DNA of 57,284 bases. Origin: Clostridia bacterium. Lineage in GTDB: Bacteria > Bacillota > Clostridia > Oscillospirales > CAG-272. The position numbers and the translations under genes were made by a program. The notes beneath the pieces are model-generated. The model did no database searches and was not told where the DNA came from. It was given only the letters and a program-made list of their open reading frames with translations. This document shows, one piece after another, positions 43,503 to 53,470 of the stretch; within the stretch, counting starts at the first letter, position 1, and each line of letters begins with the position of its first letter. The stretch spans positions 1 to 57,284 of the forward strand of contig JAGBIA010000015.1 in NCBI GenBank assembly GCA_017935225.1. Direction: 5' to 3'.

Positions 43503-44372
43503 TCAATTTCCTTTGTTTTCTAAAGATCTCTCAATAAGGTCTGCGCAGTCCTCAAGCGTTACGCACTCGCCCTCAAGCGAGATGCCTGCGCGGCGAAGCC
43601 TGTGGATAAGCTCTGTTCCCTGAGGTATCGCGAGTCCGCACTCGCGAAGGCGATCCTCTTGCTCGAACACGTAGGATGGTGTTCCGTCAAGGATCAGTCT
43701 GCCATCGTCAAGCACGACAATTCTGTCGGCTATAGCAGCTTCTTCCATATAGTGCGTTATCATTATCACCGTGATCCCCTGCTCGCGATTGAGCTTTTCT
43801 ATCGCGCTCATAACGTCGCGGCGGCCGAGAGGATCGAGCATAGCGGTCGACTCGTCGAATATTATACATTCTGGTAACATAGCCAGAACTCCCGCTATCG
43901 CAATTCTCTGCTTCTGTCCGCCCGAGAGTCTGTGAGGCTCGTGCTTTGCGTACTCAAGCATTCCGACGTCGCGGAGCACTTTGTCGACTCTCTCGCGTAT
44001 CTTCCTTGAAGGAACTCCGAGGTTCTCTGGTCCGAACGCAACGTCATCCTCAACGACTGTTGCGACAAGCTGATTGTCGGGGTTCTGAAATACCATACCC
44101 ACAGTCTTTCGAAGCTCAAGCAGCTCCTCGTCTCTCATATTCTCAATCGTGATATCCTTGCCCTTGACGAATATCTTTCCCGACGTGGGCAAAAGTATCA
44201 TATTGATCAGCTTAGCGAGCGTCGATTTGCCCGATCCGTTGTGTCCGAGCACCGCGACAAACTCGCCCTTTTCTATCCGGAGTGAAAGCTCCTTGAGCAC
44301 GGGAGATGCGTTCGCGTCCTCTTCCTCGTAAGTGTATGATAGATTTTCTATTTTGATAAAAGGCTCTGCCAT
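43503..44372 (-). CDS. ecfA1: ECF transporter ATPase EcfA1
   Basis: Start set at MAEPFIKIENLSYTY (ATG at 44372). Has Walker A GHNGSGKST, LSGGQKQR and IIFDEST. Confidence 0.92.
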   Translation of the reverse strand: MAEPFIKIENLSYTYEEEDANASPVLKELSLRIEKGEFVAVLGHNGSGKSTLAKLINMILLPTSGKIFVKGKDITIENMRDEELLELRKTVGMVFQNPDNQLVATVVEDDVAFGPENLGVPSRKIRERVDKVLRDVGMLEYAKHEPHRLSGGQKQRIAIAGVLAMLPECIIFDESTAMLDPLGRRDVMSAIEKLNREQGITVIMITHYMEEAAIADRIVVLDDGRLILDGTPSYVFEQEDRLRECGLAIPQGTELIHRLRRAGISLEGECVTLEDCADLIERSLENKGN

Positions 44373-44401
44373 AAGCGTCCCCCCGCCTTTTTCTGTCTTA
44401 C

Positions 44402-45265
44402 TTATTTTCTGTACCATCTTGCGCGTGCGCCGCAGGGTATCGCAAGTCCCGTCGCGCTGACGCGAAGTCCGAGCTCCTCCGACTCAAGTCTGCCGCCGTA
44501 TCTCGATACGACCTTCAAACCGAGAATGTACTGCATAGCCGCGGGAGAGAGTCCCGTGGTGTAGGAGTTCACGAGGAAGAAGAGCGGATCGTTTGAGAGG
44601 AGCTGTGAGGTAAGCGTTATCAGCTCGTCCACGCTGTCCTCTATCTTCCACACCTCGCCCGACGGTCCTCTACCGTAGGAGGGCGGGTCCATAATGACCG
44701 CGTCGTATTTGTTTCCTCTGCGTATCTCACGCTCGACGAACTTCTTGCAGTCGTCGACGATATAACGGATCGGAGCATCCGCAAGTCCCGAGAGAGCCGC
44801 GTTCTCCTTTGCCTGAGCCACCATTCCCTTTGCCGCATCAACGTGTACGACCGACGCACCTGCCTTTGCCGCCGCGACTGTTGCACCGCCCGTGTATGCA
44901 AAGAGGTTGAGCACCTTTATCGGTCTGTGGGCGTTTCTGATCAGCTCCGAGAACCAATCCCAGTTTGCTGCCTGCTCGGGAAAGAGTCCGGTGTGCTTAA
45001 ATCCCATAGGCTTGAGGCAGAATGTCAGCTCGCCGTAGCTTATGTTCCAGGTTGCAGGAAGAGTATTTTTCGACCAACCGCCGCCACCGCTCGAGGAGCG
45101 CTTGTAGGTCGCGTCCGCTTTATTCCAAGCCTTGTGAGTTGCCGAGTTTTTCCAAATTATCTGGGGATCGGGACGGCGAAGCACGTACTTACCCCATCTC
45201 TCAAGTCGCTCTCCGTCGGATGCGTCGAGCAATTCGTAATCTTCCCATTTATCTGCTATCCACAT
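44402..45265 (-). CDS. Class I SAM-dependent (rRNA-type) methyltransferase
   Basis: 287 aa with the SAM-binding LNLFAYTGGATVAAA and a DPPSYGRGP motif of the RlmI/RlmK-like family. Confidence 0.75.
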   Translation of the reverse strand: MWIADKWEDYELLDASDGERLERWGKYVLRRPDPQIIWKNSATHKAWNKADATYKRSSSGGGGWSKNTLPATWNISYGELTFCLKPMGFKHTGLFPEQAANWDWFSELIRNAHRPIKVLNLFAYTGGATVAAAKAGASVVHVDAAKGMVAQAKENAALSGLADAPIRYIVDDCKKFVEREIRRGNKYDAVIMDPPSYGRGPSGEVWKIEDSVDELITLTSQLLSNDPLFFLVNSYTTGLSPAAMQYILGLKVVSRYGGRLESEELGLRVSATGLAIPCGARARWYRK

Positions 45266-45285
45266 ATCAAAATCTCCGTGAAGTC

Positions 45286-45792
45286 TTAGTAGTTATTCTG
45301 GTTGTAGTATTTTGCAAGTCTCGAGCCGCCCGAATGCGCGTGGCATATTGCTATTGCGAGCGCATCTGCGGTATCATCGGGCTTCGGGGGCTTCGGGAGT
45401 CCCAAGAGCATTGTAACCATATTGATCACCTGCTTCTTCTCGGCGCGTCCGTAGCCAACGACCGCCTGCTTTACCTGAAGCGGCGTGTATTCGGATATCT
45501 TGACGCCCATCGCGTGTGCGCTCATAAGTATAACGCCTCTCGCCTCAGCAACACGGATACCCGTGGTGATGTTGGTATTGAAGAAAAGCTCCTCGATCGC
45601 CATCTCGTCGGGGTGGTAGCGTTCGATAAGCTCGCGCATTCCCTTGTGAATGAGCAAAAGTCTGTCCTCTGTCGGAGTATGCGCGGGAGTTTCTATGGCG
45701 CCGTAGCCAAGAGTCGTCAGCTTTGAGCCGTTACATTCTATAACGCCCCAACCGACTATAGCAAGTCCCGGGTCGATACCTAAAATTATCAT
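45286..45792 (-). CDS. ruvC: Crossover junction endodeoxyribonuclease RuvC
   Basis: Start set at MIILGIDPGLAIVGWG (ATG at 45792, GGAGG RBS). Catalytic acidic residues lie in the IDPG/EE/ADALA contexts. Confidence 0.95.
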   Translation of the reverse strand: MIILGIDPGLAIVGWGVIECNGSKLTTLGYGAIETPAHTPTEDRLLLIHKGMRELIERYHPDEMAIEELFFNTNITTGIRVAEARGVILMSAHAMGVKISEYTPLQVKQAVVGYGRAEKKQVINMVTMLLGLPKPPKPDDTADALAIAICHAHSGGSRLAKYYNQNNY

Positions 45793-45824
45793 AGCGCCCT
45801 CCATTCAATAAATATCCAAAGTAC

Positions 45825-45853
45825 ATTATACCACATTTTTTGGCACAAGTCAA
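45825..45853 (-). promoter_or_regulatory. ruvC promoter
   Basis: Minus strand reads TTGACT, 17 nt, TATAAT with an extended TG. Confidence 0.65.
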
Positions 45854-45865
45854 ACATAATTTACT

Positions 45866-45899
45866 AATTTGTAAAATTTATAATACTTATTTACAAATT
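45866..45899. repeat. Perfect 10-bp inverted repeat in the divergent ruvC / DUF951 promoter region (candidate operator)
   Basis: AATTTGTAAA-N14-TTTACAAATT. The spacer contains TATAAT, and the right arm overlaps a candidate -35 (TTTACA-17-TAAAAT, 45890-45918). Confidence 0.8.
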
Positions 45900-45957
45900 A
45901 TTGATAATATGATAAAATAATATTAAAGTATTATTTGCAGAAAAGTTGAGTTTTTAT

Positions 45958-46158
45958 ATGAACATCATAAAATACCGTGTAAACGACGTTATTGAACTGA
46001 AAAAAGAGCATCCCTGCGGCTCGAAGCAATTCAAGGTGCTTCGCGTGGGCAGTGTTATGAGGATAGTCTGCCTTGGTTGCTCGAGAGATATGGATATAGA
46101 CAGACTCAAGCTTGAAAAGGCTACGAAGAAAATAATTTTTACGGAGGAAGAAAAATGA
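45958..46158 (+). CDS. DUF951 family small protein
   Basis: MNIIKYRVNDVIELKKEHPCGSKQFKVLRVGSVMRIVCLGCSRD fits the DUF951 pattern (HPCGS ... C..C). The track ORF begins at TTG 45946. Confidence 0.75.
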   Translation: MNIIKYRVNDVIELKKEHPCGSKQFKVLRVGSVMRIVCLGCSRDMDIDRLKLEKATKKIIFTEEEK

Positions 46159-49070
46159 ACGATATAAATACCGCCACTCCCATAGTAAAAGAAAAGAAGC
46201 GCGGCTTTCACCCCAAGAGAGCCTTGAAGTTGCTTCAGCATGCTCTCTACACCTCCCCTGCTGGATATCTCGTGTTCTGCTTTCTCATTCCTATAGTGAT
46301 AAGCTTCTGCGTATATCTGACGCGTGCGCTTCACCCGTTCGGCGAGGGTACGCCGCTCGTGCTTGACCTCAACGCACAGTACGCGTATTTCTTTGAGGGA
46401 CTTCGTAATCTCGTATACGGCGATGCGACGAGCTTTCTCTATTCCTTCTCGCGCTCGCTCGGCGGCGAGTTTATGGGTATGTACGCATATTATCTTGCAA
46501 GCCCGCTCTCTTATGTAGTCGCTCTCTTCCCACAGGACAGAATGCAAGAGGCGATCCTCACCATCATCCTTATCAAGACAGGACTTACCGGTCTTACGTT
46601 TGGATACTATCTCCACAAGCACACTAAGGTACGCAACCGCGTGACGATAATCACCTTCTCGGTGATGTACGCGCTCTCGGCGTACGCGGTATGTCAGCAG
46701 AGCAACACGATGTGGATAGACGCGCTCGTATGGTTACCTCTTATGACGCTCGGAATTGAGCAGCTCATTCTCAACCGCCGCTACAAGCTCTACACCGTAT
46801 CTCTTGCGTTTATCCTTATCTCCAACTACTACATCGGCTATATGATGTGCATATTTGCCGTTCTCTATTTCCTCTACTACTATTTCTCAAAGCCCGCCAC
46901 CGAGATCAATCCGCGCGGCGAGAAGCTTCACTTTGTCCGTGCAGGTACGAGATTTGCGATATTCTCGATCCTTGCCGCCGCAATAGGCGCATTTATGCTC
47001 TACGCGGCATACTACTCGCTCGGATTTGGTAAAAGTGACTTCTCTACTCCGAGCTGGGCTCTCAGAGGCAACTTTGATATTCTTGACTTCCTCGTCAAGC
47101 TTCTCCCCGGCTCGCACGACACATACGAGCCCTCAGGTCTTCCGATAGTCTACTGCGGACTCTTGACGGTCATTCTTGTGCCGATATATTTCACTTCAAA
47201 GAAGATAAGTTCTCGTGAGAAGGTAGCGTCTGCCGCTATCCTTGCGGTATTTCTTATCTCTTTTATCGTAAATCCGATTGACCTTATCTGGCACGGATTC
47301 TCAACACCCAACTGGCTCAACGCGCGCTACAGCTTCCTTTTCTCATTTATGTTGCTCGTGATCGCCTACAAGGCGTTCGGAAATCTGCGCGAGGTCAGTG
47401 AGAAGGCTCTGCTTGGGATCTGCGCGTTTATCATCCTCTTTGTTGCTGTCGCACAAAAGCAGGAATTTGAGAGCTACATCAACTCGGACAGCAAGCTTCT
47501 CACCTTCGGCTGTATCTGGTTCTCGATCTTCTTTACTGTAGCACTTCTCGTGCTTCTCTGCCTGAACGTACGCGTCAAGCGTCCCAAGTCCAGAAATGCA
47601 GTCTCGCTCGTGCTTGCCGCTGTCGTCTGCCTTGAGATATTCTGCAACGGCGCAGTGTCTTTCTACACTATAAACGAGGACGTGCACTTCACGAGATATT
47701 CGAGCTATCAGGACTTTCTGCGCGATATTCGCCCCGTTGTCGAGGATCTGCGTGAGTACGACAAGGGATTCTACCGTGCGGAGAAGCTCCACCACAGACA
47801 GAAAAACGACAATTTTGCGCTCGCGCTCAGAGGTGTTTCGAACTCTACCTCGACGCTCAACGCTGAAGCGATCGAGCTTCTCAATCAGCTCGGATACACC
47901 GCACGCGCGCATCTCACTCAATATAACGGCGGAACTCCACTCACCGATTCCCTGCTCGGCATCAGGTACGTTATAGACAAGTCGAGCGCAACTAAGCTTA
48001 AGGGTATCTATCCTCCCGTCGAGGACATTGAGGACGAGCTTTACACGGTTTACAGAAATCCGCACGCGCTCTCGCTCGCTTACGGCGTTGAGGACACGCT
48101 CAAGGATTACGATATGACAAGCGAGTCCTACGTATTCCGACGCTACAACTCACTTATGGCGGCTATGCTCGGCGAAGAAGAGCCCATAAAGATCTTCCGT
48201 GCAGTCACCGAGAAGATGAGAACGGCTCCCGGAAACTGCAAGGAAACCAAGCTTACCACATCTCTCAAGTATAATTCCCCCGAGACCGCGTCGGGTAACT
48301 TCTCCTTCGTTTTCACTATCCCAAAGACCGGCTTGTATTATTTCTACCCCGATGCTATGAACTCTACCGACACCTGTCAGATAAGGATCAACAACGGCAC
48401 GAAGATATCCTATCTTGAAAAGGATACGGATAACGTTCTCACGCTCGGACATTTCGATGAGGGCGACGAGCTTCGCATAACCTTCTATATCTCCGAGGAC
48501 GACAGCATAACCTTTGACACGAGCGAGCCTTACCTCTGGTACTTCGACACCGAGGCTTACGAGAGCACGATGGCGAGAATGGAGGTTGCTCCTCAGTTTA
48601 TCATTGACGATGGGTCGACCGACGATAACATATTCGGCAGCATCAAGACCGCCAAGAGCGAGCAGATGATCCTTACGAGCATTCCCTACGACGAGGGCTG
48701 GAACGTCTATATCGACGGGGAGAAGGTCGAGATCTATAAAACTATGGGCGCACTTATGGCATTTGACATAGCAGATGCGGGCGAGCACACGCTTGAGCTT
48801 GAGTATATGCCGAAGCTCTATAAGCCTATGCTTTGCATCTCAATCGCCTCGATCATAATTTTCATTCTTATCTGCGCGATCGATCTTGTGCTGAAGAAAA
48901 CTCTTCTCAAGGCACGCAGAGTAGAAACCTATGACGATATCTGGGTGCTTGAAGACAACGATTACATCGTCAGCAAGCGACTTGACGAGCCCAAGCTCGA
49001 GCCTTTGAGCAAAGCTGCCGATGAGAATAGCACAGACGACCAAAACGATTCAACAACTACGGAGGAATAA
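46155..49070 (+). CDS. YfhO family membrane protein (GT-C fold glycosyltransferase-like)
   Basis: 971 aa with about 13 N-terminal TM helices, a large extracytoplasmic domain and a terminal TM helix. This is the architecture of YfhO proteins. Confidence 0.8.
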   Translation: MNDINTATPIVKEKKRGFHPKRALKLLQHALYTSPAGYLVFCFLIPIVISFCVYLTRALHPFGEGTPLVLDLNAQYAYFFEGLRNLVYGDATSFLYSFSRSLGGEFMGMYAYYLASPLSYVVALFPQDRMQEAILTIILIKTGLTGLTFGYYLHKHTKVRNRVTIITFSVMYALSAYAVCQQSNTMWIDALVWLPLMTLGIEQLILNRRYKLYTVSLAFILISNYYIGYMMCIFAVLYFLYYYFSKPATEINPRGEKLHFVRAGTRFAIFSILAAAIGAFMLYAAYYSLGFGKSDFSTPSWALRGNFDILDFLVKLLPGSHDTYEPSGLPIVYCGLLTVILVPIYFTSKKISSREKVASAAILAVFLISFIVNPIDLIWHGFSTPNWLNARYSFLFSFMLLVIAYKAFGNLREVSEKALLGICAFIILFVAVAQKQEFESYINSDSKLLTFGCIWFSIFFTVALLVLLCLNVRVKRPKSRNAVSLVLAAVVCLEIFCNGAVSFYTINEDVHFTRYSSYQDFLRDIRPVVEDLREYDKGFYRAEKLHHRQKNDNFALALRGVSNSTSTLNAEAIELLNQLGYTARAHLTQYNGGTPLTDSLLGIRYVIDKSSATKLKGIYPPVEDIEDELYTVYRNPHALSLAYGVEDTLKDYDMTSESYVFRRYNSLMAAMLGEEEPIKIFRAVTEKMRTAPGNCKETKLTTSLKYNSPETASGNFSFVFTIPKTGLYYFYPDAMNSTDTCQIRINNGTKISYLEKDTDNVLTLGHFDEGDELRITFYISEDDSITFDTSEPYLWYFDTEAYESTMARMEVAPQFIIDDGSTDDNIFGSIKTAKSEQMILTSIPYDEGWNVYIDGEKVEIYKTMGALMAFDIADAGEHTLELEYMPKLYKPMLCISIASIIIFILICAIDLVLKKTLLKARRVETYDDIWVLEDNDYIVSKRLDEPKLEPLSKAADENSTDDQNDSTTTEE

Positions 49071-49073
49071 ACA

Positions 49074-49703
49074 ATGTTTTACTATATAAACGGAAAGCTC
49101 GCGCATCTTGACCCCACCTTTGCGGTGCTTGACGTTGGCGGAGTTGGCTACAAGCTGACTATCTCGGGAAGCACACATTCCGCTATGCCGCCTCACCTGA
49201 GTGTAAGTGAAGCACCTACCGTCAAGCTCTTCACTTACCTTGCGGTACGAGAGGACGACATCGAGCTTTTCGGATTTGCAAGTGAGGAGGAACTCTCATC
49301 CTTCAAGATGCTTATCAGCGTATCGGGTGTAGGTCCTAAAGCGGCTCTCTCGATACTCACGCAGATGACACCGCAGAAGCTTGCTATCGCTATCTGCACC
49401 GACGACAAAAAGGCGATCGCCAAGGCAAACGGCATAGGTCCGAAGACCGCGGCGCGCATCATTCTTGAGTTCAAGGACAAGCTGCAGAAGGAAGCTATTG
49501 CAGAAGCCGATCTCTCCTCTTCCGCTGACGACGAGCTTGTGGCAGCTATCGGCGGATCGAGCAAGAAACGCGACGCAGAGGATGCGCTCGCGGTGCTTGG
49601 ATACTCGAGAAGCGAGGCTTCTGCCGCTCTGCGCAGCATTGACATCGACAATCTTGAGCTTGACGAGATAATCCGCCTCGCTCTCAAGAAGCTTATGAGA
49701 TAA
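49074..49703 (+). CDS. ruvA: Holliday junction DNA helicase RuvA
   Basis: 209 aa; MFYYINGKL...VGGVGYKL, HhH motifs (ISVSGVGPKAALSIL; ANGIGPKTAARI). Confidence 0.95.
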   Translation: MFYYINGKLAHLDPTFAVLDVGGVGYKLTISGSTHSAMPPHLSVSEAPTVKLFTYLAVREDDIELFGFASEEELSSFKMLISVSGVGPKAALSILTQMTPQKLAIAICTDDKKAIAKANGIGPKTAARIILEFKDKLQKEAIAEADLSSSADDELVAAIGGSSKKRDAEDALAVLGYSRSEASAALRSIDIDNLELDEIIRLALKKLMR

Positions 49704-49715
49704 GGAGAGTGTTCT

Positions 49716-50789
49716 ATGTTTGAAAACGAAGATTTCGATTTTGAAAACCGAATAGTCACCACCTCCTACACCCGTGAGGACAGCGACGTTGACACCTCCC
49801 TGCGCCCGAAGACACTTGACGATTACATCGGTCAGGAGAAGGCGAAGGAGAACCTCAAGATCTATATTGAGGCGGCGAAGATGCGTGGCGAGAGCCTTGA
49901 CCACGTTCTGCTCTACGGCCCTCCCGGACTCGGTAAGACCACTCTTTCGAATATCATCGCAACCGAGATGGGAGTCAACATCCGCGTCACATCCGGTCCT
50001 GCGATCGAAAAGCAGGGCGACCTCGCGGCACTTCTGACCAATCTTGCCGAGGGCGACGTGCTCTTTATCGACGAGATCCACCGTCTCTCGCGCTCGGTCG
50101 AGGAGATACTCTATCCCGCGATGGAGGACAACGCGCTCGACATCATCATCGGCAAAGGTCCGTCTGCAAGAAGCATCCGTATAGACCTGCCACACTTTAC
50201 GCTTATCGGTGCGACAACGCGCGCAGGTCAGCTCACGACTCCCTTGCGCGACCGATTTGGCGTTATGCTCAAACTCGAGCTTTACACCGCCGAGGAGCTT
50301 ACGACAATAGTTATGCGAAGCGCGGGAATTTTAGGCTTTGACATCACGCCCGACGGCGCGTACGAGATCGCCTCAAGATCGCGCGGAACGCCCCGTGTGG
50401 CTAACCGTCTGCTCAAGCGCGTGCGTGACTTCGCACAGGTCAGCGGCAAGAACGCGATAGATTCGCAGATCGCGAATTTCGCGCTCCAGAGACTTGAGAT
50501 CGACGCGCTCGGACTTGACAACACCGACAGAAAGATGATGGAGACCATCATAAAATTCTACGGCGGCGGTCCTGTTGGACTTGAGACGCTTGCGGCGACT
50601 GTCGGAGAGGAAGCTATCACACTTGAGGACGTTTACGAGCCGTATCTGTTGCAGATCGGATTCCTTTCGCGCACGCCTCGCGGAAGATGCGTAACGCGCC
50701 TCGCTTACGAGCACCTCGGACTTCCCTATCAAACCTTTGCGACCCCGAAGCCCTCGGAGCAGATCGACATTTTTGACGGCGATCAGTAA
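49716..50789 (+). CDS. ruvB: Holliday junction DNA helicase RuvB
   Basis: 357 aa; [14 protein letters not shown], Walker [10 protein letters not shown], Walker B FIDEIHRL. Confidence 0.97.
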   Translation: MFENEDFDFENRIVTTSYTREDSDVDTSLRPKTLDDYIGQEKAKENLKIYIEAAKMRGESLDHVLLYGPPGLGKTTLSNIIATEMGVNIRVTSGPAIEKQGDLAALLTNLAEGDVLFIDEIHRLSRSVEEILYPAMEDNALDIIIGKGPSARSIRIDLPHFTLIGATTRAGQLTTPLRDRFGVMLKLELYTAEELTTIVMRSAGILGFDITPDGAYEIASRSRGTPRVANRLLKRVRDFAQVSGKNAIDSQIANFALQRLEIDALGLDNTDRKMMETIIKFYGGGPVGLETLAATVGEEAITLEDVYEPYLLQIGFLSRTPRGRCVTRLAYEHLGLPYQTFATPKPSEQIDIFDGDQ

Positions 50790-50797
50790 GGAGAAAT

Positions 50798-51526
50798 ATG
50801 TACGGTCTTGGCACTCTCATAAATACAGCCGCCATAGTACTTGGCGGCATACTCGGTCTTCTCTTTGGCAAGCTCATCAAGCAAAGGCATCAGGACTCGC
50901 TGACGATGGCGTGCGGAATTTCTGTGCTCTTCATCGGCACGGCGGGCGCGCTTGAGGGCATTATGTCGCTCGGGGCTGACGGAAAGCTCACGTCGGGCAG
51001 ATCGATGCTTATCGTCGGATGTCTCGCGCTTGGCGCACTTGTCGGCGAGCTGATAAATATTGAAGGCTGGTTCGAACGCTTCGGCGCGTGGCTCAAAAAA
51101 AAGAGCGGAAGCTCGAACGACAACAAGTTCATTGACGGATTTGTGACAGCTTCATTCACCGTCTGTATCGGTGCTATGGCGATAGTCGGCGCGATAAACG
51201 ACGGCATTTACGGCGATATCTCAATACTCGTCACAAAATCAATACTCGACTTTATCATCATTATGGTGATGGCAGGAAGTATGGGCAAGGGCTGCATCTT
51301 CTCTGCTATTCCCGTGGCAATACTCCAGGGCGGTGTTACCGCGCTTTCCTGGGTCATCCGTCCGCTGATGACCGAAGCCGCGCTCGGCAACCTCTCGCTT
51401 ATAGGCTCTATACTTATCTTCTGCGTCGGACTCAATCTCGTCTGGGGCAAAAAAGTTAAGGTCGCCAACCTGCTCCCTGCGATAATCTTCGCAGTAGCCG
51501 CGGCATTTTTGCCGATTTCGCTCTAA
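50798..51526 (+). CDS. DUF554 family membrane protein
   Basis: 242 aa; the GTLINTAAIVLGGILG start and repeated glycine-rich TM helices are typical of DUF554 (YdfK-like). Confidence 0.8.
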   Translation: MYGLGTLINTAAIVLGGILGLLFGKLIKQRHQDSLTMACGISVLFIGTAGALEGIMSLGADGKLTSGRSMLIVGCLALGALVGELINIEGWFERFGAWLKKKSGSSNDNKFIDGFVTASFTVCIGAMAIVGAINDGIYGDISILVTKSILDFIIIMVMAGSMGKGCIFSAIPVAILQGGVTALSWVIRPLMTEAALGNLSLIGSILIFCVGLNLVWGKKVKVANLLPAIIFAVAAAFLPISL

Positions 51527-51565
51527 AAATTCTATTATCTCTGCATCGTAGGCAAAGAAACATCG

Positions 51566-51600
51566 AGCACCACCAATCCTCTTTGGTGGTGCTATTTTAT
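51566..51600 (+). terminator. Rho-independent terminator
   Basis: AGCACCACCAA-TCCTCT-TTGGTGGTGCT followed by ATTTTAT. Confidence 0.75.
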
Positions 51601-51651
51601 AAAGTCCGAAAATATAACACAAACCGATAATTTTTCTCTCAAAATGCGTTA

Positions 51652-51680
51652 TTGATTTTATAGTTCATTTGCTGTATAAT
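51652..51680 (+). promoter_or_regulatory. Promoter of the XRE-family regulator gene
   Basis: TTGATT, 17 nt, TATAAT. Confidence 0.65.
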
Positions 51681-51699
51681 ATAGATGTCGACAAACAGA

Positions 51700-51715
51700 T
51701 TGCTTTGCAAAGCAA
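51700..51715. promoter_or_regulatory. Perfect 16-bp palindrome in the regulator's leader (candidate auto-operator)
   Basis: TTGCTTTGCAAAGCAA, read directly. Lies 20 nt downstream of the -10 and 24 nt upstream of the ATG. Confidence 0.6.
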
Positions 51716-51738
51716 GTAATTTTGTACGGAGGAAAAAA

Positions 51739-52905
51739 ATGAAACTTGCAATTGGAGAAAATATCCGCAATTTCCGAAAGAAAAATGACTTGACGCAGGA
51801 GGCACTTGCCGATCGCTTGGGCGTAACATATCAATCGATCAGCCGCTGGGAGAACGGCACGACCTATCCCGATCTTGAACTGATCCCTGCAATTGCCGAG
51901 GTGCTTGCCGTGACTGTTGACGAGCTTCTCGGAATGCCGCAGATTGAAAAAGAAAAGCGTGCAATTGCAGCCTTTGACGAGCTTCGCCGCGAGTGTATAA
52001 AAACCGATTATGATGCCGACAAGATCGTAGATCTTCTTCGCGATGTACGAAGAAATTATCTTGATAGCGACTCTGCTTGGCGTCCGTGGTGCGAAGGAAA
52101 CGATTTGGCTTTCCGCGATCCCAAAATACTTCCCGAGGTGCGCTTGTTAGCGGAAGCGTATCTTGAGAGAAATCCCATGTTCACTCACACAATTAAAACG
52201 ATGGCTAACGTTGAAGATGAGGAGCATTTAGAGGATTTTTTGAAGAAATACTCGACAGCATTTGATTGTTCAGAACGCGCCTTAATGTATGAAAGATATT
52301 TGCGTCGCTATGATTCAGAACGGTTCGAACCGGAAAGAAGATATCAACTGTATCACGCATTTTACAAATTACTTTGTCCGCGTTATTTGCTAAAGTTGGA
52401 TGAAAGTGACTGTAATAATGAAGATGCAAATGATTTTATGGAAAGTATACTGTGCATTATTCGCAGTGCTGCTACTGATGACCGTCCGGATATATGGGTA
52501 GTTGACAGAATTGAGCTTGCACTGAAAGCGGCGATGAAGTTTACGTCTTGTGGCAAACTCGATGAAGCGCTCGCGCGAATAGCTTCTGCTGTTAAGCTAC
52601 TGGAAGAAACTATGAAAATCACAGAAAAGGTCACTTTGCCCACTTCCTGCCGTTTTCTTGACGGAATGGAGTGGACGGCAGCAGAACATTGGCACAGAGA
52701 AAACAACGATCCCGATGCTTTAGAAGAACGAATGATTTTTATTACTACAAAGATGAACGGCATTATGACGGGTTCCTGCTTGAACCCAAGTGAACAATTA
52801 TCCGCTTTGCAAAGAAAAGAATTTGATCCTCTTCGCGATCATCCCGAATTTGTAAAGCTTTGCGAACGCGTAAAAGCGTTAATTGTTACTAAGCAGGACT
52901 TGTGA
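51739..52905 (+). CDS. XRE-family HTH transcriptional regulator with ~320-aa helical (TPR-like) C-terminal domain
   Basis: Start set at MKLAIGENIRNFRKKNDLTQEALADRLGVTYQSISRWENG (GGAGG RBS). The C-terminal portion is helix-rich, an architecture like RNPP/Rgg-type sensors. Confidence 0.75.
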   Translation: MKLAIGENIRNFRKKNDLTQEALADRLGVTYQSISRWENGTTYPDLELIPAIAEVLAVTVDELLGMPQIEKEKRAIAAFDELRRECIKTDYDADKIVDLLRDVRRNYLDSDSAWRPWCEGNDLAFRDPKILPEVRLLAEAYLERNPMFTHTIKTMANVEDEEHLEDFLKKYSTAFDCSERALMYERYLRRYDSERFEPERRYQLYHAFYKLLCPRYLLKLDESDCNNEDANDFMESILCIIRSAATDDRPDIWVVDRIELALKAAMKFTSCGKLDEALARIASAVKLLEETMKITEKVTLPTSCRFLDGMEWTAAEHWHRENNDPDALEERMIFITTKMNGIMTGSCLNPSEQLSALQRKEFDPLRDHPEFVKLCERVKALIVTKQDL

Positions 52906-52974
52906 TCCTCATATTTTCTGAATATCAAAAGCCACCACGGTTTTACCGATAAATCTTTAAATAAAAAACAAACG

Positions 52975-53003
52975 AAAAGCCGACGAAAATCCGTCGGCTT
53001 TTT
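52975..53003. terminator. Bidirectional terminator between convergent genes
   Basis: AAAA-GCCGACG-AAAATC-CGTCGGC-TTTTT. Confidence 0.8.
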
Positions 53004-53015
53004 ATGTTATAAAGT

Positions 53016-53423
53016 TTAAAGTTCAAGAACGGGTATTTCTGCGATGATAGCATCTTTTACTTTGTTCAATGCTTCTATCGCTTCTTCTTGGTTATTGTAA
53101 TAGGCGATCTCTGTCCAACATTGTGTGCTCGTCTGAACCATCAAAGACTTGCCATCAACACGTAATCCCCCATAACAGATTAACATTTTGTTCTTATTTG
53201 GACTTAGCAATTTTAATCTTTGTTTCGGCTTCACAAGCGTTCCGTCCGACAGAACAAATTCAAACCTAGAAAGGCACTCAAGCAAAGCGTCTTCAATAGC
53301 ATCCTGTACGGAACAGCTGACAGTGCTTTCAATTTGATCAACAATCACATCCTCTACTATTTCATCAATGTGAGCATACAATTCTTCCATAAAGTTGTCA
53401 TCAAAGTTCTTGTTCTCTTCCAT
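53016..53423 (-). CDS. Hypothetical protein (135 aa), no recognisable motif
   Basis: ORF trimmed to MEENKNFDD (GAGGTG RBS). Acidic N-terminal half. Sits downstream of the RAYT-like gene in an AT-richer segment. Confidence 0.45.
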   Translation of the reverse strand: MEENKNFDDNFMEELYAHIDEIVEDVIVDQIESTVSCSVQDAIEDALLECLSRFEFVLSDGTLVKPKQRLKLLSPNKNKMLICYGGLRVDGKSLMVQTSTQCWTEIAYYNNQEEAIEALNKVKDAIIAEIPVLEL

Positions 53424-53470
53424 ATAGCACCTCAAATAAATATTCACTGTAAAAAAGTTTTTACAAAATT

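Noticed and set aside
45805-45945. LexA (Cheo box, GAAC-N4-GTTC) site expected near ruv genes
   Set aside because: No such motif is present in the divergent promoter region. Only the AATTTGTAAA/TTTACAAATT inverted repeat was found.
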